64,000 nt of DNA from a virus (IMGVR_UViG_3300032167_003270:96001-160000), one strand, 5' to 3'. Shown: positions 50,772-60,074, counted from the first letter of the stretch. Notes: a model not told the origin generated them from the letters alone. Translations and numbers: made by a program.

Positions 50772-51800
50772 TTAACATAAACCCTCCTTTGCTTTATTAA
50801 ATGTGTCTACATAATCTGGGTAATTTTTTGCTACCCATTCATATATACTCATAGATGACATTTTTGTATCTTTTTCTTCTACAATTTCTTTTTGTACTAC
50901 ATCAATTACTAAATTAACTGCTGTATTTTTTGCTTTTATAAACAAATCATTATCAATTAAATCTGTATTTCCATCATAACTAATATGATAAATGTCCTCT
51001 GTTACATTTTCTAGTACCGTATTGATATTATCTTGATTACATTTCTTCTTAATAATATGTGGGGTTTTAATAGATAATCTCTTATACGACCAATCATCTG
51101 TATTTAAGATAATCGGACCTGTTCTATCTTCATATGCTTGATAATCAATCATAGCACCTGGAGAAATCACTAATGTATTCTTTTGTTTATATTCAAAAGG
51201 TGTATGTATATGTCCTATAATTACTAAATTAAATGACTCAACTAATTCATTTGATAACATTATAGGGTCACTAATAAAACTATCTTCGTAATATTTTGCA
51301 GTAACTCCGTGTGTTACTAAAATCTTTTTATCACAAGTAGAATTATTTGCTAAATCTAAACAGTTATTCATATATTCTGTAATATTCTCTGCTTTATCAT
51401 AAATATAAGGCATCATTACAAATAAAATTCCGTCTTTTTCAACTGTCTTTAATTCATAATCTGCAAAATATGTATGTGTTGCCATTTCTGCTGCACTACA
51501 ATGATTTCTTCTATTATTAAATGCAAAATCGTGATTTCCTAAAATAGTCATTGTTTCAATATTAGCACTCTCATACATTTTCTGTGCTTGAAAATATTTA
51601 TTCATAGCCAATACTGACGGATTTGGTGTATCAAATACATCTCCTGCATTTATAACTAAATCTGGACAAAATTTCTTAATTACATTTACATTGTGCATTA
51701 AAGTTCTATAACCAATTTGTTCATACTTATTATAATTATTTTCATCAGTACGATACATTCTTCTGCCAATATGTAAATCTGAATAAATTGCTAGTTTCAT
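50772..51800 (-). CDS. sbcD: SbcD/Mre11-like nuclease
   Basis: SDLHIG, AGDVFD, LGNHD, VTHG, GHIH, SPG motifs. Confidence 0.88.
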   Translation of the reverse strand: MKLAIYSDLHIGRRMYRTDENNYNKYEQIGYRTLMHNVNVIKKFCPDLVINAGDVFDTPNPSVLAMNKYFQAQKMYESANIETMTILGNHDFAFNNRRNHCSAAEMATHTYFADYELKTVEKDGILFVMMPYIYDKAENITEYMNNCLDLANNSTCDKKILVTHGVTAKYYEDSFISDPIMLSNELVESFNLVIIGHIHTPFEYKQKNTLVISPGAMIDYQAYEDRTGPIILNTDDWSYKRLSIKTPHIIKKKCNQDNINTVLENVTEDIYHISYDGNTDLIDNDLFIKAKNTAVNLVIDVVQKEIVEEKDTKMSSMSIYEWVAKNYPDYVDTFNKAKEGLC

Positions 51801-51806
51801 TATTAG

Positions 51807-52226
51807 TTAATTTCCTTTCCAATTTTTTAATTCTTCAAAAGATATTATCTTTTTATATTTTATAAATATTGTATTTGTTTCATTGAATTTTGTAATGTAT
51901 ATATTTGTTAAATTCATTTCAGATAATATAGTATTACTTAATTTATCTAAAAATTCTTTTGAAATATCATCTATTTCAAGTTCACAAGTACCATCCCAAA
52001 TAACTTTTTCATCTTCTATTATTCTATATAATGGGTTGAATATATATTTTATAATACAATTATGCCCCATATTTTGAATAATGTTTTCAATATCGTCTAA
52101 AAACCAATAAACAGTATCATCATCTACATCTTCTGGATAATATTTATTGTAAGCACAATATGAAAAATCGTTATTTTGAATTGCCCATTTTATATCATTA
52201 CAAAATTCGTGAAACCTTTTATACAT
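51807..52226 (-). CDS. hypothetical protein
   Basis: 139-aa ORF, AGGAG RBS. Confidence 0.7.
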   Translation of the reverse strand: MYKRFHEFCNDIKWAIQNNDFSYCAYNKYYPEDVDDDTVYWFLDDIENIIQNMGHNCIIKYIFNPLYRIIEDEKVIWDGTCELEIDDISKEFLDKLSNTILSEMNLTNIYITKFNETNTIFIKYKKIISFEELKNWKGN

Positions 52227-52238
52227 TTCTATTTCTCC

Positions 52239-52940
52239 TTATATAAGTGAAATTCTTAATGTTAGTGTTTTTTCAATCACTATATTATTATTAAATAGTT
52301 CTTTAATTAATTCTGGATTAATAATTACATCTGTTTCTTCATTATAATTATTTTCAGAACAAATTCTCATCATAGGATAAGAACCTAACTTATCTTCTAA
52401 TACTTCATTTAATTCTATATCTTTATTTCTTAATTTAGTATCATCAATAATTGCTGTAATCTCATCTAAACCATTATTTATACAACTAGCATACAATTTT
52501 CTATTATAAGATTCTCTTTCTGTTTCGGTAATATTATGATGATAAGTACATCTATAATCTAAATTAAGGGCTAAATTAAAAATATTTGTAAAATCTTCTA
52601 TAATAATATCATCGTTTTCTTCATTTCTTTCTAAAATAAGAGTGATATAGGTATGTGCTGCATATTTATCAAACACCTTTTCTGAGGTTATATTACAACC
52701 GTCATTTTTCTTTTCGTATTTATATAATTTTTCAACACCAACATTTTGTTGCTTATAAGAATTTTCTCTATAAGAACCCAATGAACTAACTAATTCTTTA
52801 ATTTTATTTCTTCCATCAAGTAATAAATCAAGTGCTTCTTTTGGAGTTTTTCCATAATTTAATAAATATAATGAAATCTCTACAATCGTAGGTTTTACAG
52901 AAATACTTTGTGTACTTGCATATTTTAATTGTGTTGCCAT
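52239..52940 (-). CDS. SIMPL (DUF541)-like protein
   Basis: ISVKPTIVEISL N-terminus and ...INP...IEKTLTLRI C-terminus pattern. Confidence 0.5.
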   Translation of the reverse strand: MATQLKYASTQSISVKPTIVEISLYLLNYGKTPKEALDLLLDGRNKIKELVSSLGSYRENSYKQQNVGVEKLYKYEKKNDGCNITSEKVFDKYAAHTYITLILERNEENDDIIIEDFTNIFNLALNLDYRCTYHHNITETERESYNRKLYASCINNGLDEITAIIDDTKLRNKDIELNEVLEDKLGSYPMMRICSENNYNEETDVIINPELIKELFNNNIVIEKTLTLRISLI

Positions 52941-52975
52941 AATAATTCATTCCTTTCTTTCTTTCTTTCTTTCTT

Positions 52976-54610
52976 TTATAAAAATCTTTCATCGTGAGAT
53001 ACTAAAATCCATTGGTTTTTATCTTCATTTATAATTGTCTTAATAGCAGTTAAATTATCTGTATCAAGATTTGCAAAAGACTCATCCATAATTAAAGGTA
53101 AATTAGGCATAAATAAATTTCTAATTGCTAAAATTAAAGATAATGCAACAATAGTTTTTTCTCCCTTACTTAATGATTGTACTGCTAACACACTTTCCTT
53201 TGTAAAGTCCTTATCAAATAATCTCGCTTTATAAATACCATTTTCAATAAGAATTTCTGTATAACGAGTATTGATTTTCTTTACAATTTCAGTAGCACTT
53301 TTTACAATACTATCAGCATAATAAGCCTTTGCCTCTGCAATATATTCGTCTACAATATTTATACAAGTTTTATCTAACTCATATCCTTCTTTTGCTTTTA
53401 ATAATTCTGTGATTTTTGCTAAATCCTTATCTAAACAAGCAAAGGTTTCTTTCTTAATATTGTATTCTTCATATAGATTATTTGTTTCTTCATTATAATC
53501 ATTTAAGATTTTTTCAAAATCTACATCTTTTGAATAAATTACAGCATCAATCTTCTTCTTAATAGACCAATATTTTTTAGATGTATATAAATCATCAAAA
53601 TTATATTTCTCATCTTCCAATATTTTCTCTAATCTCATAATCTTATTATTATCAACAGTATCATAATTTATAACAGGTCTTGTAAAACCAGTTTTTCCAC
53701 ATAATTCACAACAACCCTTTGACTCACTTTGACTAATCAAGTCAGAAATTACAGAACGAGAATACATAGCAAGTGGACTTGCCTTTGCTGCTTTACTCTT
53801 TTCTGTTTCTAATTCTTTACGGATATTTTCAAAATAACTTGTCCATTCATCAGGATTTTTTGCACCATATCCATTTAATCTAATACATAATTCTCTATCA
53901 TAAGGAACTGAATCGGCTAATTCACTTAATAATCTTTGATATTCAGCAAAATCTTCCTTTGCCTTTTTTGCTTTAACAACATCACTATCAGATACAAATG
54001 CTTTTTCTTTAATTTTACTTTCAATATCTTCAAGTTCTTTTCTTAATGTATCAATTTCTTCCTGTGTAACCTTTTGATTAGTAATAGTCTTTTCAAGAGT
54101 TGATTTATGCTTTTGATGATAAGTTTTATCAGTAGTAAAATGCTGTCTTAATGCAAGTGCATCTTCAAACTCCTTGTCCAAAATTTCATATAAATATGTA
54201 GAATTTAATACATTAGATACTGATAAAGATTCATAACCCCATAAAGAAGTTAATACAGAATCAGAAATAATACTATCTAAAATCTTTTTACAATCATTTC
54301 TTGAACGAGCAACTAATTCTTCATTTTTATATAATTTATATCCAGAAGAATATCCTACTTCTCTTTCAACAATATATGTACTAGCATTATGTGTAAAATT
54401 TAATGTAATTTTAGTAGGTTTGCTTGTATCAACTAAACTAGCAAAATCTAAATTATCTGGTCTTTTATCAAATAAGCATAATACAATGGCTTGAATAAGA
54501 GATGTCTTACCCTCTCCATTTTTCCAATTTAATAATGTAAATCTGTCAAATGTGATTTTCTTTTTATCAAAACATTTCCAATTTACAAGTTCTATTGAAT
54601 TAATATTCAT
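52976..54610 (-). CDS. sbcC: SbcC/Rad50-like ATPase
   Basis: IELVNWKCF, KNGEGKTS, zinc hook CELCG, signature LSKGE, IMDESFANLD, VSH. Confidence 0.9.
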   Translation of the reverse strand: MNINSIELVNWKCFDKKKITFDRFTLLNWKNGEGKTSLIQAIVLCLFDKRPDNLDFASLVDTSKPTKITLNFTHNASTYIVEREVGYSSGYKLYKNEELVARSRNDCKKILDSIISDSVLTSLWGYESLSVSNVLNSTYLYEILDKEFEDALALRQHFTTDKTYHQKHKSTLEKTITNQKVTQEEIDTLRKELEDIESKIKEKAFVSDSDVVKAKKAKEDFAEYQRLLSELADSVPYDRELCIRLNGYGAKNPDEWTSYFENIRKELETEKSKAAKASPLAMYSRSVISDLISQSESKGCCELCGKTGFTRPVINYDTVDNNKIMRLEKILEDEKYNFDDLYTSKKYWSIKKKIDAVIYSKDVDFEKILNDYNEETNNLYEEYNIKKETFACLDKDLAKITELLKAKEGYELDKTCINIVDEYIAEAKAYYADSIVKSATEIVKKINTRYTEILIENGIYKARLFDKDFTKESVLAVQSLSKGEKTIVALSLILAIRNLFMPNLPLIMDESFANLDTDNLTAIKTIINEDKNQWILVSHDERFL

Positions 54611-54658
54611 AAATTACCTCCATAAAAATCATTATTATTTCTATTATACTAAAATTTT

Positions 54659-56032
54659 CTAATTTTGTTTATAGATATTGTACCAAATATTTTCATTATT
54701 TATTAAACTATAAGATTCATCATTTTGTAATATTCGGTTTACATAACTTACCTTTTGAGCAATTATATATTCATAATCATTATATATATCTTGAATTTCT
54801 TCGTCAGTTGCCAATGTACCATTTAAAGAAAAACCAAATTTGAATTTTCTATAATCATTAAAATAATCTTTCTCACATAATGGATAAGTATATAATTCAG
54901 GTCTAACATCAAATAAAATATTTTCATATTCCATATATTCTAAATAATTACCTAAATTCATTTCATTATATATAGTAGCATCTTTCGGAATTTCTTCTAA
55001 TACTTCTACACAAATACATTTATCTTCTTCATTTGTAAGTATATTATAAGGAGAATTTAATGTATTTAATAACCATAAAGTTCCTAAAAACATTAAAACT
55101 AAAATACCTTTTATAGATTTCTTTTTATCAAAATCTATAAGAACAAATAAATATAATAAAGGTATCATCATCAATATAGAATGTCTAACTGAAATTAAAC
55201 ATAATATAAATACTGAAATCACATAAAAATTTATATATTTATTTGATTTTCTTTTATAATTTAAAAGAATTATAGTTAAAAGCATTATCAATAAAACTAT
55301 TCCAATATAAGAACTAATTTTTACAGGTGCTACTTCATTTATTGAAACCTTATCAAATACATTAGATTGTGCCACTTTAAAAATAAATAATGTTCCATCT
55401 AAACCATAAGGAGTTAATAAGGTACTCAATGCCATAAAAGGACTTATTAAAATCAATTTCCAATCTATTTGTTTTTCTTCTATATTATATAAATAAGGTA
55501 TCATAATAAAAATATGATACAGGAATAAAGATTGATGTAAATTTGCCTCTAATATACTTATAGGTAATAACCATAATAAATATTTTCCATTAAAATTTTC
55601 TTTATATTTCTCTATTACTAATAATTCACTTATCAATAAAATCATTGTAATTATCTGTGGTCTAATACAAATCATATAATTATGACAGATAATAATTGTA
55701 ATGATAGGAATTATTATTGCTGACCAGTTATTTCTTGTTTTCTTATTTATAAATCTATAAGATACATACCATAATACAATATCTTGTATAAATACAAATA
55801 GCCAATGACCATATATACCTAATTTATCAAACAATGCACATATTACAGAATATAACCATTGTTGATGTATTATAGGTAAATTTGTATATGTATTATAATA
55901 AAAATTTCCATTTAAAATATCTTTTCCACTAGCAATTATAAAAAACATATCTGAATTTTGTGAAATAATTAAAAATTTTAGATATATAATTCCTAGTGTA
56001 AGTAATAAAAGTATTTTTACTGTCTTACTCAT
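54659..56032 (-). CDS. polytopic membrane protein, possible GT-C glycosyltransferase
   Basis: about 10 TM helices; DMFFIIASG, IRPQ, ANLH, GNYLE..FDVRPELY. Confidence 0.55.
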   Translation of the reverse strand: MSKTVKILLLLTLGIIYLKFLIISQNSDMFFIIASGKDILNGNFYYNTYTNLPIIHQQWLYSVICALFDKLGIYGHWLFVFIQDIVLWYVSYRFINKKTRNNWSAIIIPIITIIICHNYMICIRPQIITMILLISELLVIEKYKENFNGKYLLWLLPISILEANLHQSLFLYHIFIMIPYLYNIEEKQIDWKLILISPFMALSTLLTPYGLDGTLFIFKVAQSNVFDKVSINEVAPVKISSYIGIVLLIMLLTIILLNYKRKSNKYINFYVISVFILCLISVRHSILMMIPLLYLFVLIDFDKKKSIKGILVLMFLGTLWLLNTLNSPYNILTNEEDKCICVEVLEEIPKDATIYNEMNLGNYLEYMEYENILFDVRPELYTYPLCEKDYFNDYRKFKFGFSLNGTLATDEEIQDIYNDYEYIIAQKVSYVNRILQNDESYSLINNENIWYNIYKQN

Positions 56033-56057
56033 TAGTATAATTTCCTTTCTCCATAAT

Positions 56058-56105
56058 AAAAATAGCCCAATGCTATTTATAATTTATATAAATGCACTAG
56101 GCTAC
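56058..56105 (-). terminator. probable terminator after ssb
   Basis: TAGCCTAGTGCAT...GCATTGGGCTA hairpin followed by TTTTT. Confidence 0.6.
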
Positions 56106-56130
56106 TTTAGTTAATTCAATTATTTACATA

Positions 56131-56562
56131 TTAAAAATCATCATATGCGTCATATGAGGCAAATCCAGAAGAATCGCTCTTTGACTCATTTGTTTCAGAC
56201 TTTGTTTCAGAATTTGTTTCGGACTTTTCTGAACCATTATTCTCTCCGTCAGCCTTCTTACCAAAGAACTCTACTGTATCAATAACAATCTGGTCCTGAT
56301 AGTGCTTTACACCATCCTTTTCATAATTGTTGTTGTTAAGTTCTCCTGTCACAAGCATCTTTGAACCCTTCTTGAAATACTTGCCAATAAATTCAGCAGT
56401 CTTTCCAAAGGCTACATAACGGAAGAAATCAGCATTAGGCTCTCCTTCCTTTGCAAATCTCTTGTTTACTGCTCCGTTAAAATTAACAAGAGCCTTTCCC
56501 TCCCCATAAGTCTTTACCTCTGGGTCGGCACATAATGTTACTGTCTGGATAATTCTGTTCAT
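56131..56562 (-). CDS. ssb: single-stranded DNA-binding protein
   Basis: ADFFRYVAFGKTAEFIGKYFKKGS, YEKDG, acidic tail ending DDF. Confidence 0.93.
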   Translation of the reverse strand: MNRIIQTVTLCADPEVKTYGEGKALVNFNGAVNKRFAKEGEPNADFFRYVAFGKTAEFIGKYFKKGSKMLVTGELNNNNYEKDGVKHYQDQIVIDTVEFFGKKADGENNGSEKSETNSETKSETNESKSDSSGFASYDAYDDF

Positions 56563-56606
56563 ACGTTTTCTCTCCTTTTCTTTTTATATCTTACAGTATA
56601 GTTTTT

Positions 56607-56680
56607 ACTAGACACAATATGTAGTTGTTTTCATCATCATTAAAAATACTTACTTGTAATAGATTGCTGTTTGTGTCTAA
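56607..56680 (-). ncRNA. CAGCAAU hairpin unit 1
   Basis: TAGACAC-AAA-CAGCAAT-47 nt-GTGTCTA-GT. Confidence 0.7.
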
Positions 56681-56684
56681 AGTT

Positions 56685-56750
56685 ACAAGACGCTAAAAAT
56701 ATGTTTTAAAGAATACATTTTCCAATTTTTAGATTGCTGTGTGCGTCTTA
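56685..56750 (-). ncRNA. CAGCAAU hairpin unit 2
   Basis: AAGACGC-ACA-CAGCAAT-39 nt-GCGTCTT-GT (two compensatory pair changes). Confidence 0.7.
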
Positions 56751-56783
56751 ATTTATAATTATGTAAATATTTTATTCTTATTA

Positions 56784-56843
56784 ACTAGACACGAAAAATT
56801 CTCACCCATTAGAATAGTATAGTATATTGCTGTTTGTGCCTAA
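56784..56843 (-). ncRNA. CAGCAAU hairpin unit 3
   Basis: TAGGCAC-AAA-CAGCAAT-33 nt-GTGTCTA-GT (G-U pair on - strand). Confidence 0.7.
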
Positions 56844-56900
56844 ATAAAAATAATATTTACTTAATTATCATAACATAAGTTATAATATAATACAACCTTA

Positions 56901-56921
56901 TAATTAAATAGTGCTTTATTT
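56901..56921 (-). promoter_or_regulatory. recurrent 21-bp motif inside the hairpin array
   Basis: AAATAAAG-CA-CTATTTAATTA. Confidence 0.6.
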
Positions 56922-56931
56922 TTTATTTTAA

Positions 56932-56987
56932 ACTAGACACGAAAAATCATCCAAATTTGATATAATTTAATTGCTGCTAGTGTCTAC
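56932..56987 (-). ncRNA. CAGCAAU hairpin unit 4
   Basis: TAGACAC-TAG-CAGCAAT-29 nt-GTGTCTA-GT, enclosed by 14-bp inverted repeat. Confidence 0.7.
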
Positions 56988-57012
56988 ATAATAAAGCACT
57001 ATTCTAAATCCT

Positions 57013-58470
57013 TTATGCTACCTTACTAGGAATTACAACTCTATCATAAGCAGAAAGTGTCTGCTCTACTAACTCAATAGCAGATAAAGTCTTACCACTA
57101 ATAAGTGACTCAAAGGCAGATACAGAACTACCAGAAATGAACTGGGCATCGTCAGATGCGTCTGCGTGGAATGTGTTGTTTCTAGCGTTTACATTCCACC
57201 AAACTAACTTTGGTAACTTATAGCCTGCGTTTTCAAAACGGGTCTTCATTGCGTTAAGGAAAGTTGTGTCCTCTCCAAAACTATTGATTTCCATATCAGA
57301 AATAACAATGATAGACTCAGGCATATCATCTTGTGATAAGTGGTTATTTGTAGCAGTATTAAGAACCTTCATAAATGCCTTTTCAAGGTTTGTGTCATAA
57401 CCAACACCGTGATTCATAACATCCTTAACCTTTTCATATAAAGACATATTAGGTCTAATAGTTCTAATTTCTGGACTTGCTGTAAATGTCATATATGAAT
57501 TAGCAAATGCACCCTTGTTATGCTCTGCAAAATAGATTGCTAAACCTACTGATGTTTCCATAGGTCTACCACTCATTGAACCAGACACATCTGCCATTAC
57601 AAGTGCATTAAATGTTTCTCCATTAAAGTAGTCAGGAAGATTCTTCCACTGTAATTCAACAGTATCTTCTTTTCTACTAGAGTAACCCATATACTTGTGT
57701 ACAAGGTCATAAGGATATAAAGTTCCAGCCTTGATTTCAGTCTTTCCAGACTTTACATCATCAAGGTACTCCTTAAATCTATCTTCATCTCTCTTATAGA
57801 ACGCACCATAATACTTTGTCATTGCATTAGAAGAAACTGTTGGATAATTGATATTACCCCACTCATTTGCAGACATATATACTTCTGTTACATTACTATA
57901 CTTTCTTAACGCAGAAAGAGTCTTTCTATAAGCAGATGCAGACATACCAAATGCCTTGATAAATCTATTTGCTAACATAACTGTATTCTGTGAAGAAGTG
58001 TTATTGCTAGGCATCCACTTTGCTAATAAAGAGATAGACTTTCCCTTATTCATATTATCAACATCAGCCTTTAACTGATTATGTACAAACTCAACCATTG
58101 CATCTTCTACTGGTGTATCAAATAAGATGAATAAATCATCAAATCTACCATAGAAAACAACATTCTCTAAATTTGCACATACGAAACTAGGGTATGTGTT
58201 TGCCACATACTTTACGAGTGTTCTAAATGTATCTCTCTCGCCAAGACCACCACGAACATTTCTAATATAGAAAATCATTCTAAATGCAAGTTCAGGACTT
58301 TCAGCATAAGCCTTTTCCCACATAGAAATAATATCCTCGTTATTTCTATAACGAAGTGCTCCTGCAACTGCAAATAAATCTACAACTGAATCGAAAGTTG
58401 TATTCTTTGCATATGCACCATTCTCTGTTCTCTTCTCACTTGCCATTAAATTCATTAAATTCTTTTCCAT
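57013..58470 (-). CDS. DUF2828 family protein with C-terminal vWA domain (Ro60/TROVE-like architecture)
   Basis: TENGA, RNVRGGLGER, YGRFDDL, LLAKWMPS, LYPYDLV, MIDAS DVSGSM...T...ISDME, WWNV; GGAGG before ATG 58470. Confidence 0.85.
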   Translation of the reverse strand: MEKNLMNLMASEKRTENGAYAKNTTFDSVVDLFAVAGALRYRNNEDIISMWEKAYAESPELAFRMIFYIRNVRGGLGERDTFRTLVKYVANTYPSFVCANLENVVFYGRFDDLFILFDTPVEDAMVEFVHNQLKADVDNMNKGKSISLLAKWMPSNNTSSQNTVMLANRFIKAFGMSASAYRKTLSALRKYSNVTEVYMSANEWGNINYPTVSSNAMTKYYGAFYKRDEDRFKEYLDDVKSGKTEIKAGTLYPYDLVHKYMGYSSRKEDTVELQWKNLPDYFNGETFNALVMADVSGSMSGRPMETSVGLAIYFAEHNKGAFANSYMTFTASPEIRTIRPNMSLYEKVKDVMNHGVGYDTNLEKAFMKVLNTATNNHLSQDDMPESIIVISDMEINSFGEDTTFLNAMKTRFENAGYKLPKLVWWNVNARNNTFHADASDDAQFISGSSVSAFESLISGKTLSAIELVEQTLSAYDRVVIPSKVA

Positions 58471-58596
58471 AATAAATACCTCCGTGTACATACCCTATGT
58501 ACTATTCTTCTTAATTAATCTCTCATTGTTTACATTTTCTATTATAACAAAGTTTTTTTAAAAGTATATACTTTTTTAAAATTTTTTTATTTTTTT

Positions 58597-59019
58597 TTAT
58601 TTTTCTAAATAGAATGGAATTTCTTTTTTCTCTATTTCTTTAAACTTACCAGTTTCTCGATATAGATTATTCCTTTCAATAATTGCTTTCTCTTTTAATT
58701 GATGTCCTATATATGGGTTATGAACTATTTTTGCTTTTAATAATTCTGCTATTGTAAATGCTTGTGCTGATGTAAACTGTTCTGGTAGATAACAAAAATC
58801 ATACCATAAAACAACACATCCAGTATAATCAACTAGCCACGCAACAGGTCCAGCATCAATAGGAATTTTTCTATCTAATTCTTCTTTAGGTTCATTAGTA
58901 ATACTTATCAATTTTTCAGTATGACTAGGATTAGCATATTCAATATCCCCATTAGGAAATATTATTGCTTCACAATAATTTATATGTTTATGTTGTTCTA
59001 CAAAATCTTTTACTTTCAT
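58597..59019 (-). CDS. hypothetical phage-like protein
   Basis: YCEAIIFPNGDIEYANPSHTEKL; 140 aa. Confidence 0.75.
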   Translation of the reverse strand: MKVKDFVEQHKHINYCEAIIFPNGDIEYANPSHTEKLISITNEPKEELDRKIPIDAGPVAWLVDYTGCVVLWYDFCYLPEQFTSAQAFTIAELLKAKIVHNPYIGHQLKEKAIIERNNLYRETGKFKEIEKKEIPFYLEK

Positions 59020-59031
59020 ATTTTATATCCT

Positions 59032-59301
59032 TTATTTATTAGTCATTATACCAACTGTAAATATAATCATATTTAAAATTAAATTCACAGCAGAAATTAT
59101 AAATAATACATAAAATAAAATATCGGTTGGAAAATATGGTCTAAAAAAATAAGTACCTACAATAATAATGGTATTCCAAAATAATCCTAATGCACCTAAT
59201 TGTTTCTTATTTAATGAATCAAGTAAACATACAATACCGTCCACAATTAAACTACATATTCCATAAATTGCAAGTCCAATATAAATACCCAATAAACTCA
59301 T
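59032..59301 (-). CDS. small membrane protein
   Basis: three hydrophobic helices. Confidence 0.7.
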   Translation of the reverse strand: MSLLGIYIGLAIYGICSLIVDGIVCLLDSLNKKQLGALGLFWNTIIIVGTYFFRPYFPTDILFYVLFIISAVNLILNMIIFTVGIMTNK

Positions 59302-59336
59302 AAATGACTTCCTTTCTAAATAAAATAGAACTACAA

Positions 59337-59864
59337 TTAAGCAGCTCTATTTATAATTTCTTTTGATGTTCTAGGTATAAAACCTAATAAATCTGCTCCA
59401 ACATTATAAGCATTTTTAATACTACTTATATATTTAGTTGTAGCATTTTCAAAATTGTTATGAATATGTCCATAGAAATGTAATACATCTCTATAATATC
59501 CATCCCATTCAACCATAGGATAATGACATAAAACTATTTTTATTCCATTATCATTAATAGTTAAAATATCTCTAATCTCAATAAACTGATTTCGCAATTC
59601 CTTATTTCTAATAATATCCTTATCGTGATTTCCAATAATAAGATGTTTGTTACCTTTTAATTTCTTTAAGATTTTTAACATTTCATCAATAGTAGTTCTA
59701 TAAAACAAATCTCCAACAATATAAACATCATCATTATCTGTCACAACACTATTCCAATTTTTAATTAAAACATTATTCATTTCATCAATACTTTTAAAAG
59801 GTCTATTACATAATTTAATAATATTATAATGACCAAAATGTAAATCTGAAATATAATAATTCAT
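59337..59864 (-). CDS. calcineurin-like metallophosphoesterase (phage-type)
   Basis: SDLHFGH, VGDL, GNHD, CHYP, YGHIH, NVGAD. Confidence 0.9.
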   Translation of the reverse strand: MNYYISDLHFGHYNIIKLCNRPFKSIDEMNNVLIKNWNSVVTDNDDVYIVGDLFYRTTIDEMLKILKKLKGNKHLIIGNHDKDIIRNKELRNQFIEIRDILTINDNGIKIVLCHYPMVEWDGYYRDVLHFYGHIHNNFENATTKYISSIKNAYNVGADLLGFIPRTSKEIINRAA

Positions 59865-59876
59865 AATATATCCTTT

Positions 59877-60074
59877 CTAATAAGAATAATTGCGACAGAG
59901 ATTTCTACTCTCTGTTCTACGCAATTTCTTATTTTTTGTAGGTCTTTTATCTTCAACAACAGACGGTCTTAAACCAACCCAAGTAGCACCCCTACTATGA
60001 CCACCTAACATCTGTAATGTTTGCATATGAATTTTTTCTTTTTCTCTTTTTGTTAATTTAGCCATAATAGTCAC
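59877..60074 (-). CDS. small basic protein
   Basis: 65 aa, K/R-rich, GGAG RBS. Confidence 0.6.
   Translation of the reverse strand: MTIMAKLTKREKEKIHMQTLQMLGGHSRGATWVGLRPSVVEDKRPTKNKKLRRTESRNLCRNYSY

Noticed and set aside
56607-56987. CRISPR array interpretation of the hairpin units
   Set aside because: No identical direct repeats, variable sequence lies inside the paired arms, spacing is irregular and no cas genes are present.
56607-56987. Canonical tRNA genes or simple terminators
   Set aside because: No T-loop GTTC or D-arm consensus; loops are too long and share a fixed CAGCAAT, unlike terminators.
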